64,000 nt of DNA from Candidatus Acidiferrum sp. (GCA_036493835.1 DASXPD010000129.1:7466-71465); one strand, 5' to 3'. Counted from the first letter of the stretch, positions 47,829 through 60,682 are shown. Notes: generated by a model from the sequence alone, not told the origin. A program made the numbers and translations.

Positions 47829-48632
47829 ATGCGCATACTTTTCATCGGTGACATCGTAGGTTCGCCCGGGCGCCAGATCGTGCGTGATCGTCTGGCCGAC
47901 CTCGTCACGCATCGCCAGATCGATCTCGTCATCGCCAACGGCGAAAACTCCGCCTCCGGCTTCGGCATCACGCCGAAAATCGCCGACGACCTCCTCAGCA
48001 ACGGCGTCGACGTCGTCACCGGCGGAAATCACAGCTGGGACCGCAAGGAAATCCTGGAATACATGCCACACCAGCCGCGCCTATTGAGGCCGGGAAATTT
48101 CCCCGAAGGCAGCCCCGGCAGCGGTACGTACGTAGGAAGCGCGAAGAACGGCGTCAAATTCGCCGTCCTCAATCTGCAGGGTCGCATCTTTCTGCCCGCG
48201 ATCGACGACCCTTTCCGTAAAGTCGATGCCGAATTGGGAAAGCTGCCGGACGACGTCGCGTTCGTCTTCGTCGACATGCACGCCGAGACCACCAGCGAGA
48301 AAATCGCGCTCGGCTGGTATCTCGACGGCCGCGCCTCCGTCGTCGTCGGCACGCACACCCACGTCACCACCGCCGACGAGCGCGTCTTGCCGCAGGGCAC
48401 CGCCTACATCACCGACGTCGGCATGACGGGGCCGCATGACGGCGTCATCGGCATGGACCGAAATGGGATTATCAAGCGCTTCCTCGATGGCCTCCCGGCC
48501 CGCTTTGAGGTCACGGCTGGCGATATCCAGATGAATTGCGTTTTGATCGAGACCGACGACGACGGCCAGCGCAATCAGGCGGGCCGGTTGAAGGCTAAGT
48601 CCATTGAGCGGCTGCGTTTACGCGCCGACTGA
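47829..48632 (+). CDS. ymdB: YmdB-like metallophosphoesterase (TIGR00282 type)
   Basis: ILFIGDIVG, NGENSA, TGGNHSWD, DMHAETTSEK, GTHTHV, TDVGMTG. Confidence 0.93.
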   Translation: MRILFIGDIVGSPGRQIVRDRLADLVTHRQIDLVIANGENSASGFGITPKIADDLLSNGVDVVTGGNHSWDRKEILEYMPHQPRLLRPGNFPEGSPGSGTYVGSAKNGVKFAVLNLQGRIFLPAIDDPFRKVDAELGKLPDDVAFVFVDMHAETTSEKIALGWYLDGRASVVVGTHTHVTTADERVLPQGTAYITDVGMTGPHDGVIGMDRNGIIKRFLDGLPARFEVTAGDIQMNCVLIETDDDGQRNQAGRLKAKSIERLRLRAD

Positions 48633-48729
48633 TGCACCGACGCCGCTGGCAGGAACGCCCGCTACTTGGTGCTCGCAACTGCTGCAACGTGGGGCAACCT
48701 TCAGCCGTCCAATTACAATCTGAAAGCAC

Positions 48730-49851
48730 ATGCAAAAAAAGAAGTCCCAGCTTCTGACAATTGCAGCCTCGTTGTGTCTCCCGGTAGCCATCGCCATTGC
48801 CGCCGGTTCGGCGCACGCGGGCCCGCAGCCGTCGTCGCAGCCGCACTCCAACCATAACGTCGCTCTTCGACCCAACGCGCCTGCGCCTCAGGACCGCAAC
48901 TTCGTCCAAACCGAAGGCGACATGACCGCCAAAACGCGCCTCTTCGGTCCGATCGGCCCAGGACTGCGAGCCGTGCGGCGATCCTCAGATGGCCGCACCT
49001 ACATTCTCGCGTCCCCGTCCCCCGGCTTGGTGGTCTACGACGCGAAAGGCAAGCAAGTCTTCACCGTAGCCGAAACCGCCGCGACTCCCGGCGCGAAGCC
49101 GACCACCTCCGGCATCACGTTCGGCGAAGACTGCGACATCGACTCCGAAGGCCGCACTTACGTCGCCGATCGCGGCTCCAGCATGGTCGATATCATCGGT
49201 CCCGACGGCACCTTCGCCAACTCGTTCGCGGCGCCCGCGCCGGTTTCGATCGCCTGGCTCGGTGACGGCGAAATAGCCGTCGCAACGCTCCGCGAAGACC
49301 ACCTTGTCATCGTCTACGACAAGCGCGGCCGCGTGACGCGCGACTTCGGCGATCCCGAGCAAATCTCCGAACGCGAAGACCTGAACCGCTTCCTCAACGT
49401 CGGCGAGCTGGCCACCGACGCCGCGCACCACGTTTACTACGGCTTCAGCTATACGCCCGAGCCGACCGTCCGCCAATTCGACCGCAACGGCTACGGCATC
49501 GGGCCCGACATTCAGTACGTGGCGCTCGAAGCGGCATCCGAAGCCCAAGCAATCCGCCGCGAGATCGTCAAGCAGGAGAAAAATCGCAAGACGCCGTCCT
49601 TTAAGCGCATTCTCACCGGCGTCGGCGTCGATCCGATAACCGGTGAAGTCTGGATGGCCGTCGGAAACACGTTGTTGCACTTCGACAAAGACGGCAACCG
49701 CCGCGCCAGCTATCAGATGTACACACCCGAAGGCGCGCGCCTGGAAGCCAACACGATTTTGATCGAGCCCGACCGCATGATCATCGGCGGCGACCCCATC
49801 GGCATCTACGAATTCGCCAGACCCGACAAGAAGCTTCCCGCCGCAAAATAA
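48730..49851 (+). CDS. Secreted NHL/beta-propeller-like protein
   Basis: Signal peptide; repeats such as DIDSEGRTYVAD, VGVDPITGEVWMA. Confidence 0.7.
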   Translation: MQKKKSQLLTIAASLCLPVAIAIAAGSAHAGPQPSSQPHSNHNVALRPNAPAPQDRNFVQTEGDMTAKTRLFGPIGPGLRAVRRSSDGRTYILASPSPGLVVYDAKGKQVFTVAETAATPGAKPTTSGITFGEDCDIDSEGRTYVADRGSSMVDIIGPDGTFANSFAAPAPVSIAWLGDGEIAVATLREDHLVIVYDKRGRVTRDFGDPEQISEREDLNRFLNVGELATDAAHHVYYGFSYTPEPTVRQFDRNGYGIGPDIQYVALEAASEAQAIRREIVKQEKNRKTPSFKRILTGVGVDPITGEVWMAVGNTLLHFDKDGNRRASYQMYTPEGARLEANTILIEPDRMIIGGDPIGIYEFARPDKKLPAAK

Positions 49852-49975
49852 AAATTCAGTTTTCCTCAGGACGTTTTGTGCCTTCGTGCGTCGCGATGAG
49901 GCGCGCGAAGCAAATTTGTCGTAAAATTTCCTTTCGAATCATCACGTCTCAACTTTGTCGTGTCAGAATTCGTGT

Positions 49976-50236
49976 TGTGGAAAAACTGTGAGCGGTGTGT
50001 GAAACGCGTTCCTTGCGGTACTCTGTCTTCGCACACTTTTCGCTTGCGGGGCACGCTTCAATCAGAGACAATCCCGCGCTGTCCTGAAACGACGGTGACT
50101 CGGCTGAGGGCAACTCCGAGGTCGGTTCGGGAGCATCAGGGGCACGGCAGTACATTCCATCGAGGGTTAAACCCCGAAGTCTAAAGAAGGACGTAAACGG
50201 CCCGCTTTCCCACAGCATATTCACATCTGTGGAAAT
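49976..50236. promoter_or_regulatory. DnaA boxes in the dnaA upstream region
   Basis: TGTGGAAAA 49976 (consensus); TTTCCCACA 50206, ATATTCACA 50217, TGTGGAAAT 50228 (one mismatch each to TTWTNCACA or its complement). Confidence 0.75.
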
Positions 50237-50263
50237 TGCTGAGGCCTCTTATTCTCTCCGCAA

Positions 50264-51622
50264 ATGTCGACTGCTACTCAAACCGGGCGCGAACCGTTCA
50301 ACTCTTGGGACAAATTTCTGGACCGCGTAAAGTCCAGAGTCAGCATCAACACATTCACCACCTGGTTTCAGCCTACGCGCTTGAATCGCGCCGAGGGCGA
50401 CACGCTCTTCATTCAGATTCCGAGCACGGTGTTCCGCAACGTGCTGACGCGCACGTACGGCGAGATCGTCAAAGCCGTTTTCCACGAGCTCGGCACGCCG
50501 AATACGCGCGTGCAGTATGTCTGCACCGAAGAAGAGGCTGCTGCCGTCGTTCCCGCCGCGCCCGCGGTGCCCATCAAGCAGTCGAAACTCGATTTTGAGA
50601 GCAGCGACCACCAGCTGAATCCGCGCTACACGTTTGATTCGTTCGTCGTCGGCAAGTCCAATGAATTTGCGCACGCCGCGGCAAGAGCCGTGGCCGAGCA
50701 GCCCTCGAAGTCCTACAACCCGCTCTTTCTGTACGGTGGCGTGGGCATGGGCAAGACGCACTTGATGCACGCCATCGGGCACACCATCAAGAAGCGCAAT
50801 CCCGCGATGCGGCTCAGCTACGTCAGCGCCGAAAAATTCACCATCGAAGTCATCAATTCGCTGCGCTTCGATCGCATGATCACCTTCCGCGATCGGTTCC
50901 ACACAGTTGACGTTCTGCTCGTCGACGACATTCAGTTCATCGCCGGCAAGGAACGCACGCAGGAAGAGTTCTTCCACACCTTCAACGCACTCTACGAACA
51001 GCAGAAGCAGATCGTCATTTCTTCCGACTGCCTGCCGAAAGACATCAACTCGATCGAAGAGCGGCTGCGCTCGCGTTTCGAGTGGGGCTTGATTGCTGAT
51101 ATTCAGCCGCCCGATCTCGAAACGAAGATCGCGATTTTGCAGAAGAAAGCGGAGAACGATCGCTTTCCGCTGCCTGATGACGTCGCCGAGTACATCGCGC
51201 GCGCCATCAAGTCCAACGTGCGCGAGCTCGAGGGCGCGCTAACCCGTTTGATGGCTTACGCGTCGCTGACCGGCGCGGTCGTATCGCTCGCCACTGCGCA
51301 GCAGGTTTTGCGCAACATCATCGCGTCGCAGGAAAAGCGCGTCACGATCGATCTGATTCAGAAGCGCGTCAGCGAACACTTCAATTTGCGCGAGCAGGAT
51401 CTGAAGGTCCGCAGCAATACCCGCGCAATCGCGTTCCCGAGGCAGGTGGCGATGTATATCGTCAAGCAGCTCACCACCGCTTCGCTGCCGGAGATCGGGC
51501 GCCAATTCGGCGGCAAACATCACACGACGGTGCTGCACTCGATCCATAAGATCGAAGAGATGCGCCGCTCCGACAAAGACCTCAACCGCACGATCACGCG
51601 GCTGATGGACGCTCTTCAGTAG
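50264..51622 (+). CDS. dnaA: Chromosomal replication initiator DnaA
   Basis: YTFDSFVVG, YNPLFLYGGVGMGKTHL, DDIQF, RLRSRFEWG, GGKHHTTV. Confidence 0.99.
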   Translation: MSTATQTGREPFNSWDKFLDRVKSRVSINTFTTWFQPTRLNRAEGDTLFIQIPSTVFRNVLTRTYGEIVKAVFHELGTPNTRVQYVCTEEEAAAVVPAAPAVPIKQSKLDFESSDHQLNPRYTFDSFVVGKSNEFAHAAARAVAEQPSKSYNPLFLYGGVGMGKTHLMHAIGHTIKKRNPAMRLSYVSAEKFTIEVINSLRFDRMITFRDRFHTVDVLLVDDIQFIAGKERTQEEFFHTFNALYEQQKQIVISSDCLPKDINSIEERLRSRFEWGLIADIQPPDLETKIAILQKKAENDRFPLPDDVAEYIARAIKSNVRELEGALTRLMAYASLTGAVVSLATAQQVLRNIIASQEKRVTIDLIQKRVSEHFNLREQDLKVRSNTRAIAFPRQVAMYIVKQLTTASLPEIGRQFGGKHHTTVLHSIHKIEEMRRSDKDLNRTITRLMDALQ

Positions 51623-52315
51623 TTTTCGAAATTCCCCAATAGCTTGTTGTCTACGCTGGTGCGACCCGATCCTCCCGTCGGGTCGCGCAGGCAATCGCCG
51701 CATCATCCCTCGCGAAATACTGTTCTCCGCTTCAACTCCTCCGCCCCAATGTTGCAAACTTTCGTTCACTAAAACTCGCGTGCGAACCCGAGCGATTATT
51801 TTTGTTGCTGCTTACCCAAGCGTGCGAAAAAAATTCACTCGCACTCGACAAAAGTTCTCTGTGGAGAAAACTTGCGTAACTGTTCGGATTTACTGTGGAC
51901 GCCTGTGAGCGAAATCACGTCTCACGTGAGACCACGGCGCGATCGACAAAGTTTTCCTCTGTTCCCACAAATCGCCACTCGGACACCACACGCCATTCAC
52001 GCGCCAAAACAAAGGCGACAAAATCTTTTCCACGTTTCCACACCGATCATCACAACAACAAGGCTCCAATTTTTTTCTAAATCAAAATCTCTTGTCTTGA
52101 TGATGGTTTGCCCTTGCCTGTGAAAAATCCAAACACGCACGACTCGTGAAGCAACGCACGACCAGCACGAAACGAAATCCTCACATTTCCTCAACCCTGA
52201 CCGCTCGGCCAGGCCTCGTTCCGCTTTGTTCTTTCCTCAAAACCGAGTAGAGTACGGCAACAGAGTTACAATTAAAGAAGGAGGCGGCTGTCCGTCCCCC
52301 AGGGCCGCGTAAACA
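51623..52315. other. Probable oriC (dnaA-dnaN spacer)
   Basis: DnaA boxes at 51860, 52026, 52034, 52119; NAN trios 52045-52062; AT-rich tract about 52068-52095. Confidence 0.75.
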
Positions 52316-53467
52316 ATGAGCGCACCTGCAACCGCACGCGAGGATCACCAAGCGATGGAATTCAGCGTATCGAAGTCGGCGCTGCTGAACGAACTTAGCA
52401 CCACGCAGGGTGTCGTCGAACGCAAAACGACGATCCCGATTCTGTCGAACTTGCTGGTCGAAGCGAAGGGCGACAAGCTCAACATCACCGCCACCGACCT
52501 CGAGCTCAGCATTCGCACTTCGTGCGATGCCAAGGTGAAAAAAGAAGGCGCCGGCACGATCCCGGCGAAAAAACTTCTAGAACTCGTTCGCCTGCTTCCC
52601 GAAGGCGAAATCAAATTCAAGCTACTCGAAAATCACTGGGTCGAAATCGTCAGCGACAAAAAGAAATATAAGCTCGTCGGTATGGCGAAAGAGAATTTCC
52701 CAGCTCTCCCGGCGATGCCGCACACCCTGGTAAAGATCTCCGCTCCCGTGATGGAGAGCCTCATCAGCAAGACGAAATTTGCGATCTCGATGGAAGAGTC
52801 GCGCTACACGCTCAACGGCGGCCTGCTGATCCTCAAGCCCGACACGCTCGCCATGGTCGCCACCGACGGCCATCGCCTCGCGCTCGCCGAAACCGATCAG
52901 AAACTCGCCGGACTCAACGGCGAAATGAAAGTGCTCATTCCGAAAAAGGCGATGGACGAAGTCTCCAAGCTCGCCAGCTCGGCCGACTCCGACGCGCAGA
53001 TCGAATTTGCCAAGGACGAAAGCCACCTGTTCTTCCAGGTTGGCCATCGCCTGCTGATTTCGCGGATTCTCACCGGCCAATTCCCGAACTATGAAGCCGT
53101 ACTGCCGCGCGATAACAACAAGACCGTCACCATCGAGCGCGGAGAGCTCTGCGACGCAGTGAAGCGCGTCTCGCAGCTTGCCGACCAGCGCTCACACGCC
53201 GTAAAGCTCGCCGTCTCTCGCGACGGCATCGAAATCTCCGCGTCGAGCCCCGAATACGGCGAAGCGAAAGAAAATATCGAGAAGGACTACAAAGGCGATC
53301 CGATTTCGATTGGCTTCAACTCCAGCTACATGCTCGATTTCCTCGCCGCCGCGGCCGATGGCCCAATCAGCATCGAGCTGAAAGACGAACAGTCCGCCGG
53401 CCAGATGCGCCCACTCGCCGATGAAAGCTATCGCTACCGCTACATCATCATGCCGATGCGCATCTGA
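52316..53467 (+). CDS. dnaN: DNA polymerase III beta clamp
   Basis: TTIPILSN, ATDLE, VATDGHRL, GQFPNY, IGFN, YIIMPMRI; alternative start 52355. Confidence 0.99.
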   Translation: MSAPATAREDHQAMEFSVSKSALLNELSTTQGVVERKTTIPILSNLLVEAKGDKLNITATDLELSIRTSCDAKVKKEGAGTIPAKKLLELVRLLPEGEIKFKLLENHWVEIVSDKKKYKLVGMAKENFPALPAMPHTLVKISAPVMESLISKTKFAISMEESRYTLNGGLLILKPDTLAMVATDGHRLALAETDQKLAGLNGEMKVLIPKKAMDEVSKLASSADSDAQIEFAKDESHLFFQVGHRLLISRILTGQFPNYEAVLPRDNNKTVTIERGELCDAVKRVSQLADQRSHAVKLAVSRDGIEISASSPEYGEAKENIEKDYKGDPISIGFNSSYMLDFLAAAADGPISIELKDEQSAGQMRPLADESYRYRYIIMPMRI

Positions 53468-53504
53468 CGGTTGATTTTCCTCGTGTTCACAATATAATTG
53501 ATAT

Positions 53505-54050
53505 GTGAATAGCAAACTAAGTATTCTTGGCCCGTCGACACCACTCGTGGCAACCAAGATTCGCATCATCCGCGACGTTAGGGTGATACTCGACGCCGAC
53601 ATTGCGAACCTCTACGGCATCACGACCTTCAATTTGAACAAAGCAGTCGCGCGAAACAGAGATCGGTTTCCAAGAGACTTCATGTTTCGGCTGACTGCGA
53701 AAGAGCGTGGAAACTTGATATTCCAATCTGGAATATCAAGTTCGCGTCGTTGGGGAGGCGCCCGCCACTCACCCTACGCATTCACCGAACAAGGTGTGTC
53801 AATGCTTTCGAGCGTTCTTCGCAGTGAGCGTGCAGTCAACGTGAATATCGCAATTATGCGTGCCTTCGTAGAGCTGCGGCGAGCGTTGGCTACGCACGAA
53901 GAGCTCCGAAAGAAGATTGAGCAAATGGAGCGGCGCTACGACGCGAAATTCGAGGTAGTATTTAGCGCAATCAAACAGATGCTTGAACCGCCGCCGAGGA
54001 CGAAATCGACAATTGGTTTTCATCCTGCCACGAAGCAACTCAAACCTTGA
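53505..54050 (+). CDS. ORF6N domain DNA-binding protein
   Basis: RDVRVILDADIANLYG, VARNRDRFPRDFMFRLT, PYAFTEQGVSMLSSVLRS, NIAIMRAFV, coiled-coil tail. Confidence 0.92.
   Translation: MNSKLSILGPSTPLVATKIRIIRDVRVILDADIANLYGITTFNLNKAVARNRDRFPRDFMFRLTAKERGNLIFQSGISSSRRWGGARHSPYAFTEQGVSMLSSVLRSERAVNVNIAIMRAFVELRRALATHEELRKKIEQMERRYDAKFEVVFSAIKQMLEPPPRTKSTIGFHPATKQLKP
53712..53742. repeat. Perfect palindrome inside ORF6N
   Basis: AACTTGATATTCCA-atc-TGGAATATCAAGTT. Confidence 0.95.
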
Positions 54051-54093
54051 GTGAGGTCAAATTTCCCGGCCGGTTTGCGGATTCACTTCGATC

Positions 54094-54124
54094 AACTTGA
54101 TATTCCAGTTTGGAATATCAAGTT
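54094..54124. repeat. Second copy of the same palindrome, intergenic
   Basis: AACTTGATATTCCA-gtt-TGGAATATCAAGTT. Confidence 0.95.
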
Positions 54125-54597
54125 CACTTATTTCGCCAAATTCACGCATATTTTTCGCAGGCTTCAGTACGCAAAGGAATATTCCAAGTAATTGAAAAAT
54201 AAGGCGTTAGCCGTTAGCCGACATGTTCGATTTGTTTGGGATTTCTGCCTAAATCAGTTAGAATGCCTGAGTAGCTTGTTTGCTGTTCGTTCCTCCTGTT
54301 TTTCGGTCCGCCTCGCGCAATCGAGGCACGTCCGCCAAGCCAGCGAAGTTCAGTTTTCAGCCCTGCGCCAGGGGCCGGAACATCGCGCTTGGAAATGAAA
54401 CCTTTCGAGCGCAAACACGTTCGTTAGGTTGACAAGTCTTCGCCACGTCTCGCTGCGCGAGATGGGATGGAGCAGGGGCCCTACGAGTTCCCGACGCATG
54501 CGTTCGCGCCTGCATTCGGAGCCAAAGGGTTAAGGCGACGCACGGAGAAGTCCGCACTCAGCCTTTCCTCGCTTCAAAGAATTTGAATCAGTCATAG

Positions 54598-57132
<2,535 letters not shown>

Positions 57133-57148
57133 TCGCGCCGAGCCATTG

Positions 57149-57394
57149 ATGATCTATCAGCTTGGATGGACGACGTTGCCAGGACTGCGCGGATTGAGTT
57201 GTAGCGATTTTCGCGCAACGCCGACGGATGCGCCCGACATGAATCGCGGCGTAGCGGTTGAGTTTGCAAGCGAAGCAGAACGTGACGAGTTTTTGCGGCG
57301 AGCGGAAGAACATTTCGCCGCGAGACGTTTCACCAACGCGGCCGACGCCTTTGACACAGTGAAGGCGTACGTAATCGAACGAGTTGCGGAGTAA
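57149..57394 (+). CDS. Small hypothetical protein
   Basis: About 81-aa ORF right after gyrB with protein-like composition. Confidence 0.55.
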   Translation: MIYQLGWTTLPGLRGLSCSDFRATPTDAPDMNRGVAVEFASEAERDEFLRRAEEHFAARRFTNAADAFDTVKAYVIERVAE

Positions 57395-57402
57395 TCGACG
57401 TT

Positions 57403-57630
57403 TTAGAGAAGTTCGAGGAATTCCTCGAGCTTCAAACCGCACTGTTTGAGGATGTCGGACAGCGTGCCTTTTGCTAATTCGGAATGGAGCGGAACTACGG
57501 TTTTGAAGACAGTGTCGCCAATCCTTCGTTCCAGGGAGACGTGGCTTCCTTTTTGGCGCAATTCGACAAAGCCCGTACGCTTCAGGGCGCGGATGACGCG
57601 CTCGCCAGAAACGCTTGGTAGCTTTGGCAT
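57403..57630 (-). CDS. hicA: HicA family mRNA interferase toxin
   Basis: MPKLPSVSG, GFVELRQKGSHV, VVPLHSELAKGTL..ILKQ. Confidence 0.9.
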   Translation of the reverse strand: MPKLPSVSGERVIRALKRTGFVELRQKGSHVSLERRIGDTVFKTVVPLHSELAKGTLSDILKQCGLKLEEFLELL

Positions 57631-57631
57631 G

Positions 57632-57847
57632 TCAACGGGAGACTTCGACGGTTGTCCAGAACGATTCAGGTTCGGTGCTGGTGCCTTCGGGGATGCCCCA
57701 CGTTTCAAGGTAGAGCTCGATGGCCTCGCTCAAATTGCCGCGAGCGCTCTCGACGTCCTTGCCTTGAGACGTGACGCTCAGCTCAGGGCAGCGAGCCACG
57801 TACCAGCTGTCTTCCTTGGTTATCAAGGCGGAGAAGCGGTAAGTCAT
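57632..57847 (-). CDS. hicB: HicB family antitoxin (short, no DNA-binding tail)
   Basis: YVARCPELSVTSQGKDVESARGNLSEAIELYLE. Confidence 0.9.
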   Translation of the reverse strand: MTYRFSALITKEDSWYVARCPELSVTSQGKDVESARGNLSEAIELYLETWGIPEGTSTEPESFWTTVEVSR

Positions 57848-57882
57848 ACAACGATGCTAACCAATATCCTGGCAGCAGGCAA
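57848..57882 (-). promoter_or_regulatory. Promoter predicting a leaderless hicB mRNA
   Basis: TTGCCT-17-TAGCAT-6-ATG on the minus strand. Confidence 0.6.
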
Positions 57883-57903
57883 TACGGAGTAGACAGAGGA
57901 CAA

Positions 57904-60567
57904 ATGGCAGACGAGAAGAATACATCGATACTATTGCCGATCGATATTGAAGCCGAGATGCGGAAATCGTATCTCGACTATGCGATGAGCGTGATCATCG
58001 CGCGCGCTCTACCCGACGTGCGCGACGGCCTGAAGCCGGTGCAGCGCCGCATCCTGGTCGCGATGAACGATCTCGGCCTCGCGTCGAATCGCGGCTACCG
58101 CAAGTGCGCCAAGATCTGCGGCGACACTTCCGGCAACTATCACCCGCACGGTGAAGCCGTCATCTACCCCGCGCTCGTGCGCCTCGCTCAAGAATTCAAC
58201 CTCCGCTACATGTTGATCGACGGCCAGGGAAACTTCGGCTCCGTCGATGGCGATCCACCGGCGGCCATGCGGTACACCGAAGCGCGCTTGGCGAAAATCA
58301 CCGAAGACATTCTCGCCGACCTCGAAAAAGACACCGTCGATTACATTCCGAACTTCGATCAGACCCGCGAAGAACCCACGGTGCTGCCATCGCGCATCCC
58401 GAACCTTCTGGTCAACGGCGCGAGCGGCATCGCGGTCGGCATGGCGACGAACATCCCGCCGCACAATTTGCGCGAAATCGTGGACGCCGCGATTTTGCTG
58501 ATCGAAAAGCCAGACACGCCGTTGAAAGAAGTGATGAAGCTCGTGCCCGGCCCGGATTTCCCGACGGGCGCGTACATCGCCGGCCGCGAAGGAATTGAAG
58601 CTGCCTACCGTACTGGTCGCGGCAGCTTTGTGATGCGCGCGAAGGCCGCGATCGAAGAAGTCGGCAAGGATCGCGAAAACATCGTCATCACCGAAATCCC
58701 GTACCAGGTAAACAAGGCGCGCCTCATCGAGCGCATCGCCGACCTGGTCCAGAATAAAAAACTCGAAGGCATCGCTGATGTTCGCGACGAGTCCTCGCGC
58801 GAAGGCATGCGCATCGTCATCGAAATCAAGCGCGGCGAAGAATCGCAGCTCATCCTCAACAATCTGTTCAAGCAGACGCAGATGCAGGAATCGTTCGGCA
58901 TGATTCTGCTCTCGATCGTCGCCGGTCAGCCGCGCGAACTCGGCTTGATCCCGATGATCAAGCTGTTCATCGATCACCGCATCGAAGTCGTTCGCCGGCG
59001 TTCCGCGTACGAATTGCGCAAGGCACGCGAGCGCGAACACATTTTGATCGGTTACCAGATCGCGCTCGATTATCTCGACGACGTGATCCGCATCATCCGC
59101 GGTTCATCGAGCCGCGCACAGGCACGTGAAAACTTGCTCGCGTTTTTCACCGAGCAAGACGTCACCATCACCGAGAACGGCAAGCCGAAGAAAGTCGCGG
59201 GCGTGAAGCTCGACGGCCGCAAATACAAAATCGGCCCGCTGGAAGGCGAAGCCGTCGCGGTTCGCGGCAATGTTGTTGGCCTGACGCCGGTGCAGGTCGA
59301 TGCGATCCTCGAATTGCAGTTGCATCGCCTGACGCAGCTCTCGGTCGACGAAATTCTCAAAGAATTGAAGTCGATCCGCGAAACGATCGCGGAACTCGAA
59401 GAAATCCTATCGAACGATCGCAAGCTCAAAGCCGTCATCACCGCCGAGCTGAAGGAAGTCCACAAAGCCTACGGCGATGATCGCCGCACGCAAATCGTCG
59501 ACAAGGTCGATGAAATCAAGCTGGAAGACCTGATCGCCGACACCGAAATGCTGATCACGGTCAGCCATGCCGGCTACATCAAGCGCACTGCGGCGGAAAC
59601 GTATCGCCACCAATCGCGCGGCGGCAAGGGACGTATCGGCGCGAAGACGAAGGAAGAAGACTTCGTCGAGCATCTCTTCATCGCGTCGGCGCACAGCTAT
59701 ATTTTGCTGTTCACGTCGAAGGGGCGCGTCTACTGGCTCAAGGTGTATGAGCTGCCCGAAGCCGCGGCCGCTACGCGTGGCAAATCGATCTCGAGTCTTG
59801 TGAAATTCTCCGAGGACGAAAAGCTCACCGCACTCGTCGCCGCGCGCAACCTCGAAGAAGATGGCCGCTTCGTCTTCATGGCGACCAAAAACGGCACGGT
59901 GAAAAAGTCAACGCTCAACGAATTCTCGAATCCGCGTTCATCGGGAATCATCGCTATTAACTTGGAAGCGAAAGATGAACTCATCGGCGCCAAGCTCACC
60001 GATGGAAAGAAGATGATTTTCCTCGCGAGCCACGAAGGTCAGGCGATCCTCTTCCGCGAAACAGAAGTGCGCCCGATGGGACGCAATGCCGGCGGCGTCA
60101 ACGGCATGGATCTCGACGAAACGGATCACGTCGTCAGCATGGACGCGGTGCAGCCCGATTTCGAGATCATCAAAAAGGAACACAAAAAAGAAACGCAAAA
60201 CCTTGAAGAACTCGAGAACGAGGACATCAAGGATTCGCTCACCACGCTGATGCTGACCGTCGCCGAAAAGGGCTACGGCAAGCGCACACCGCTGGCGGAA
60301 TATCGCATCACGTCGCGCGGCGGCAAGGGCGTGGTCAACATGAAGACGACGGATCGCAACGGCTCGGTGATCGCGACGTTGCAAGTCACGGAAGAGTCGG
60401 ATGTGATGATCATTACGCACAACGGCAAAGTCATCCGCGTCCACGCCAACGAAATTCGCGAAGCGGGCCGCTCGACGCAGGGCGTGCGCTTACTGCGGCT
60501 CGACGACGACGATCACGTAGCCGCGGCTGCGGTACTCCAGGAAGAAAGCGAAGAAGAAAAGAAGTAG
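57904..60567 (+). CDS. gyrA: DNA gyrase subunit A
   Basis: [38 protein letters not shown], GyrA-box-like QSRGGKG. Confidence 0.99.
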   Translation: MADEKNTSILLPIDIEAEMRKSYLDYAMSVIIARALPDVRDGLKPVQRRILVAMNDLGLASNRGYRKCAKICGDTSGNYHPHGEAVIYPALVRLAQEFNLRYMLIDGQGNFGSVDGDPPAAMRYTEARLAKITEDILADLEKDTVDYIPNFDQTREEPTVLPSRIPNLLVNGASGIAVGMATNIPPHNLREIVDAAILLIEKPDTPLKEVMKLVPGPDFPTGAYIAGREGIEAAYRTGRGSFVMRAKAAIEEVGKDRENIVITEIPYQVNKARLIERIADLVQNKKLEGIADVRDESSREGMRIVIEIKRGEESQLILNNLFKQTQMQESFGMILLSIVAGQPRELGLIPMIKLFIDHRIEVVRRRSAYELRKAREREHILIGYQIALDYLDDVIRIIRGSSSRAQARENLLAFFTEQDVTITENGKPKKVAGVKLDGRKYKIGPLEGEAVAVRGNVVGLTPVQVDAILELQLHRLTQLSVDEILKELKSIRETIAELEEILSNDRKLKAVITAELKEVHKAYGDDRRTQIVDKVDEIKLEDLIADTEMLITVSHAGYIKRTAAETYRHQSRGGKGRIGAKTKEEDFVEHLFIASAHSYILLFTSKGRVYWLKVYELPEAAAATRGKSISSLVKFSEDEKLTALVAARNLEEDGRFVFMATKNGTVKKSTLNEFSNPRSSGIIAINLEAKDELIGAKLTDGKKMIFLASHEGQAILFRETEVRPMGRNAGGVNGMDLDETDHVVSMDAVQPDFEIIKKEHKKETQNLEELENEDIKDSLTTLMLTVAEKGYGKRTPLAEYRITSRGGKGVVNMKTTDRNGSVIATLQVTEESDVMIITHNGKVIRVHANEIREAGRSTQGVRLLRLDDDDHVAAAAVLQEESEEEKK

Positions 60568-60682
60568 CGTCGAGAAGTAACTTCGCCCAGTCACCCCGCG
60601 CAGCAACTTCGTGTATCGCGTACTGCGACTCGCGCCGGCGTCGAATTTCTCGCTGGCGCGAGTTTCATTTTGGGAACCTGAG

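Noticed and set aside
50094-50150. GGTGACTCGGCTGAG resembling a TPP riboswitch 5' half
   Set aside because: The GAACCTGAT...GCG.AGGGA half is missing and the downstream gene is dnaA
49852-50263. Expected divergent rpmH-rnpA block upstream of dnaA, and recF after dnaN
   Set aside because: Not present here, but gene order near oriC varies between phyla, so absence alone is not informative
54051-54191. 46-codon GTG ORF after ORF6N spanning the second palindrome
   Set aside because: No SD and no recognisable motif; it reads the palindrome in a different register
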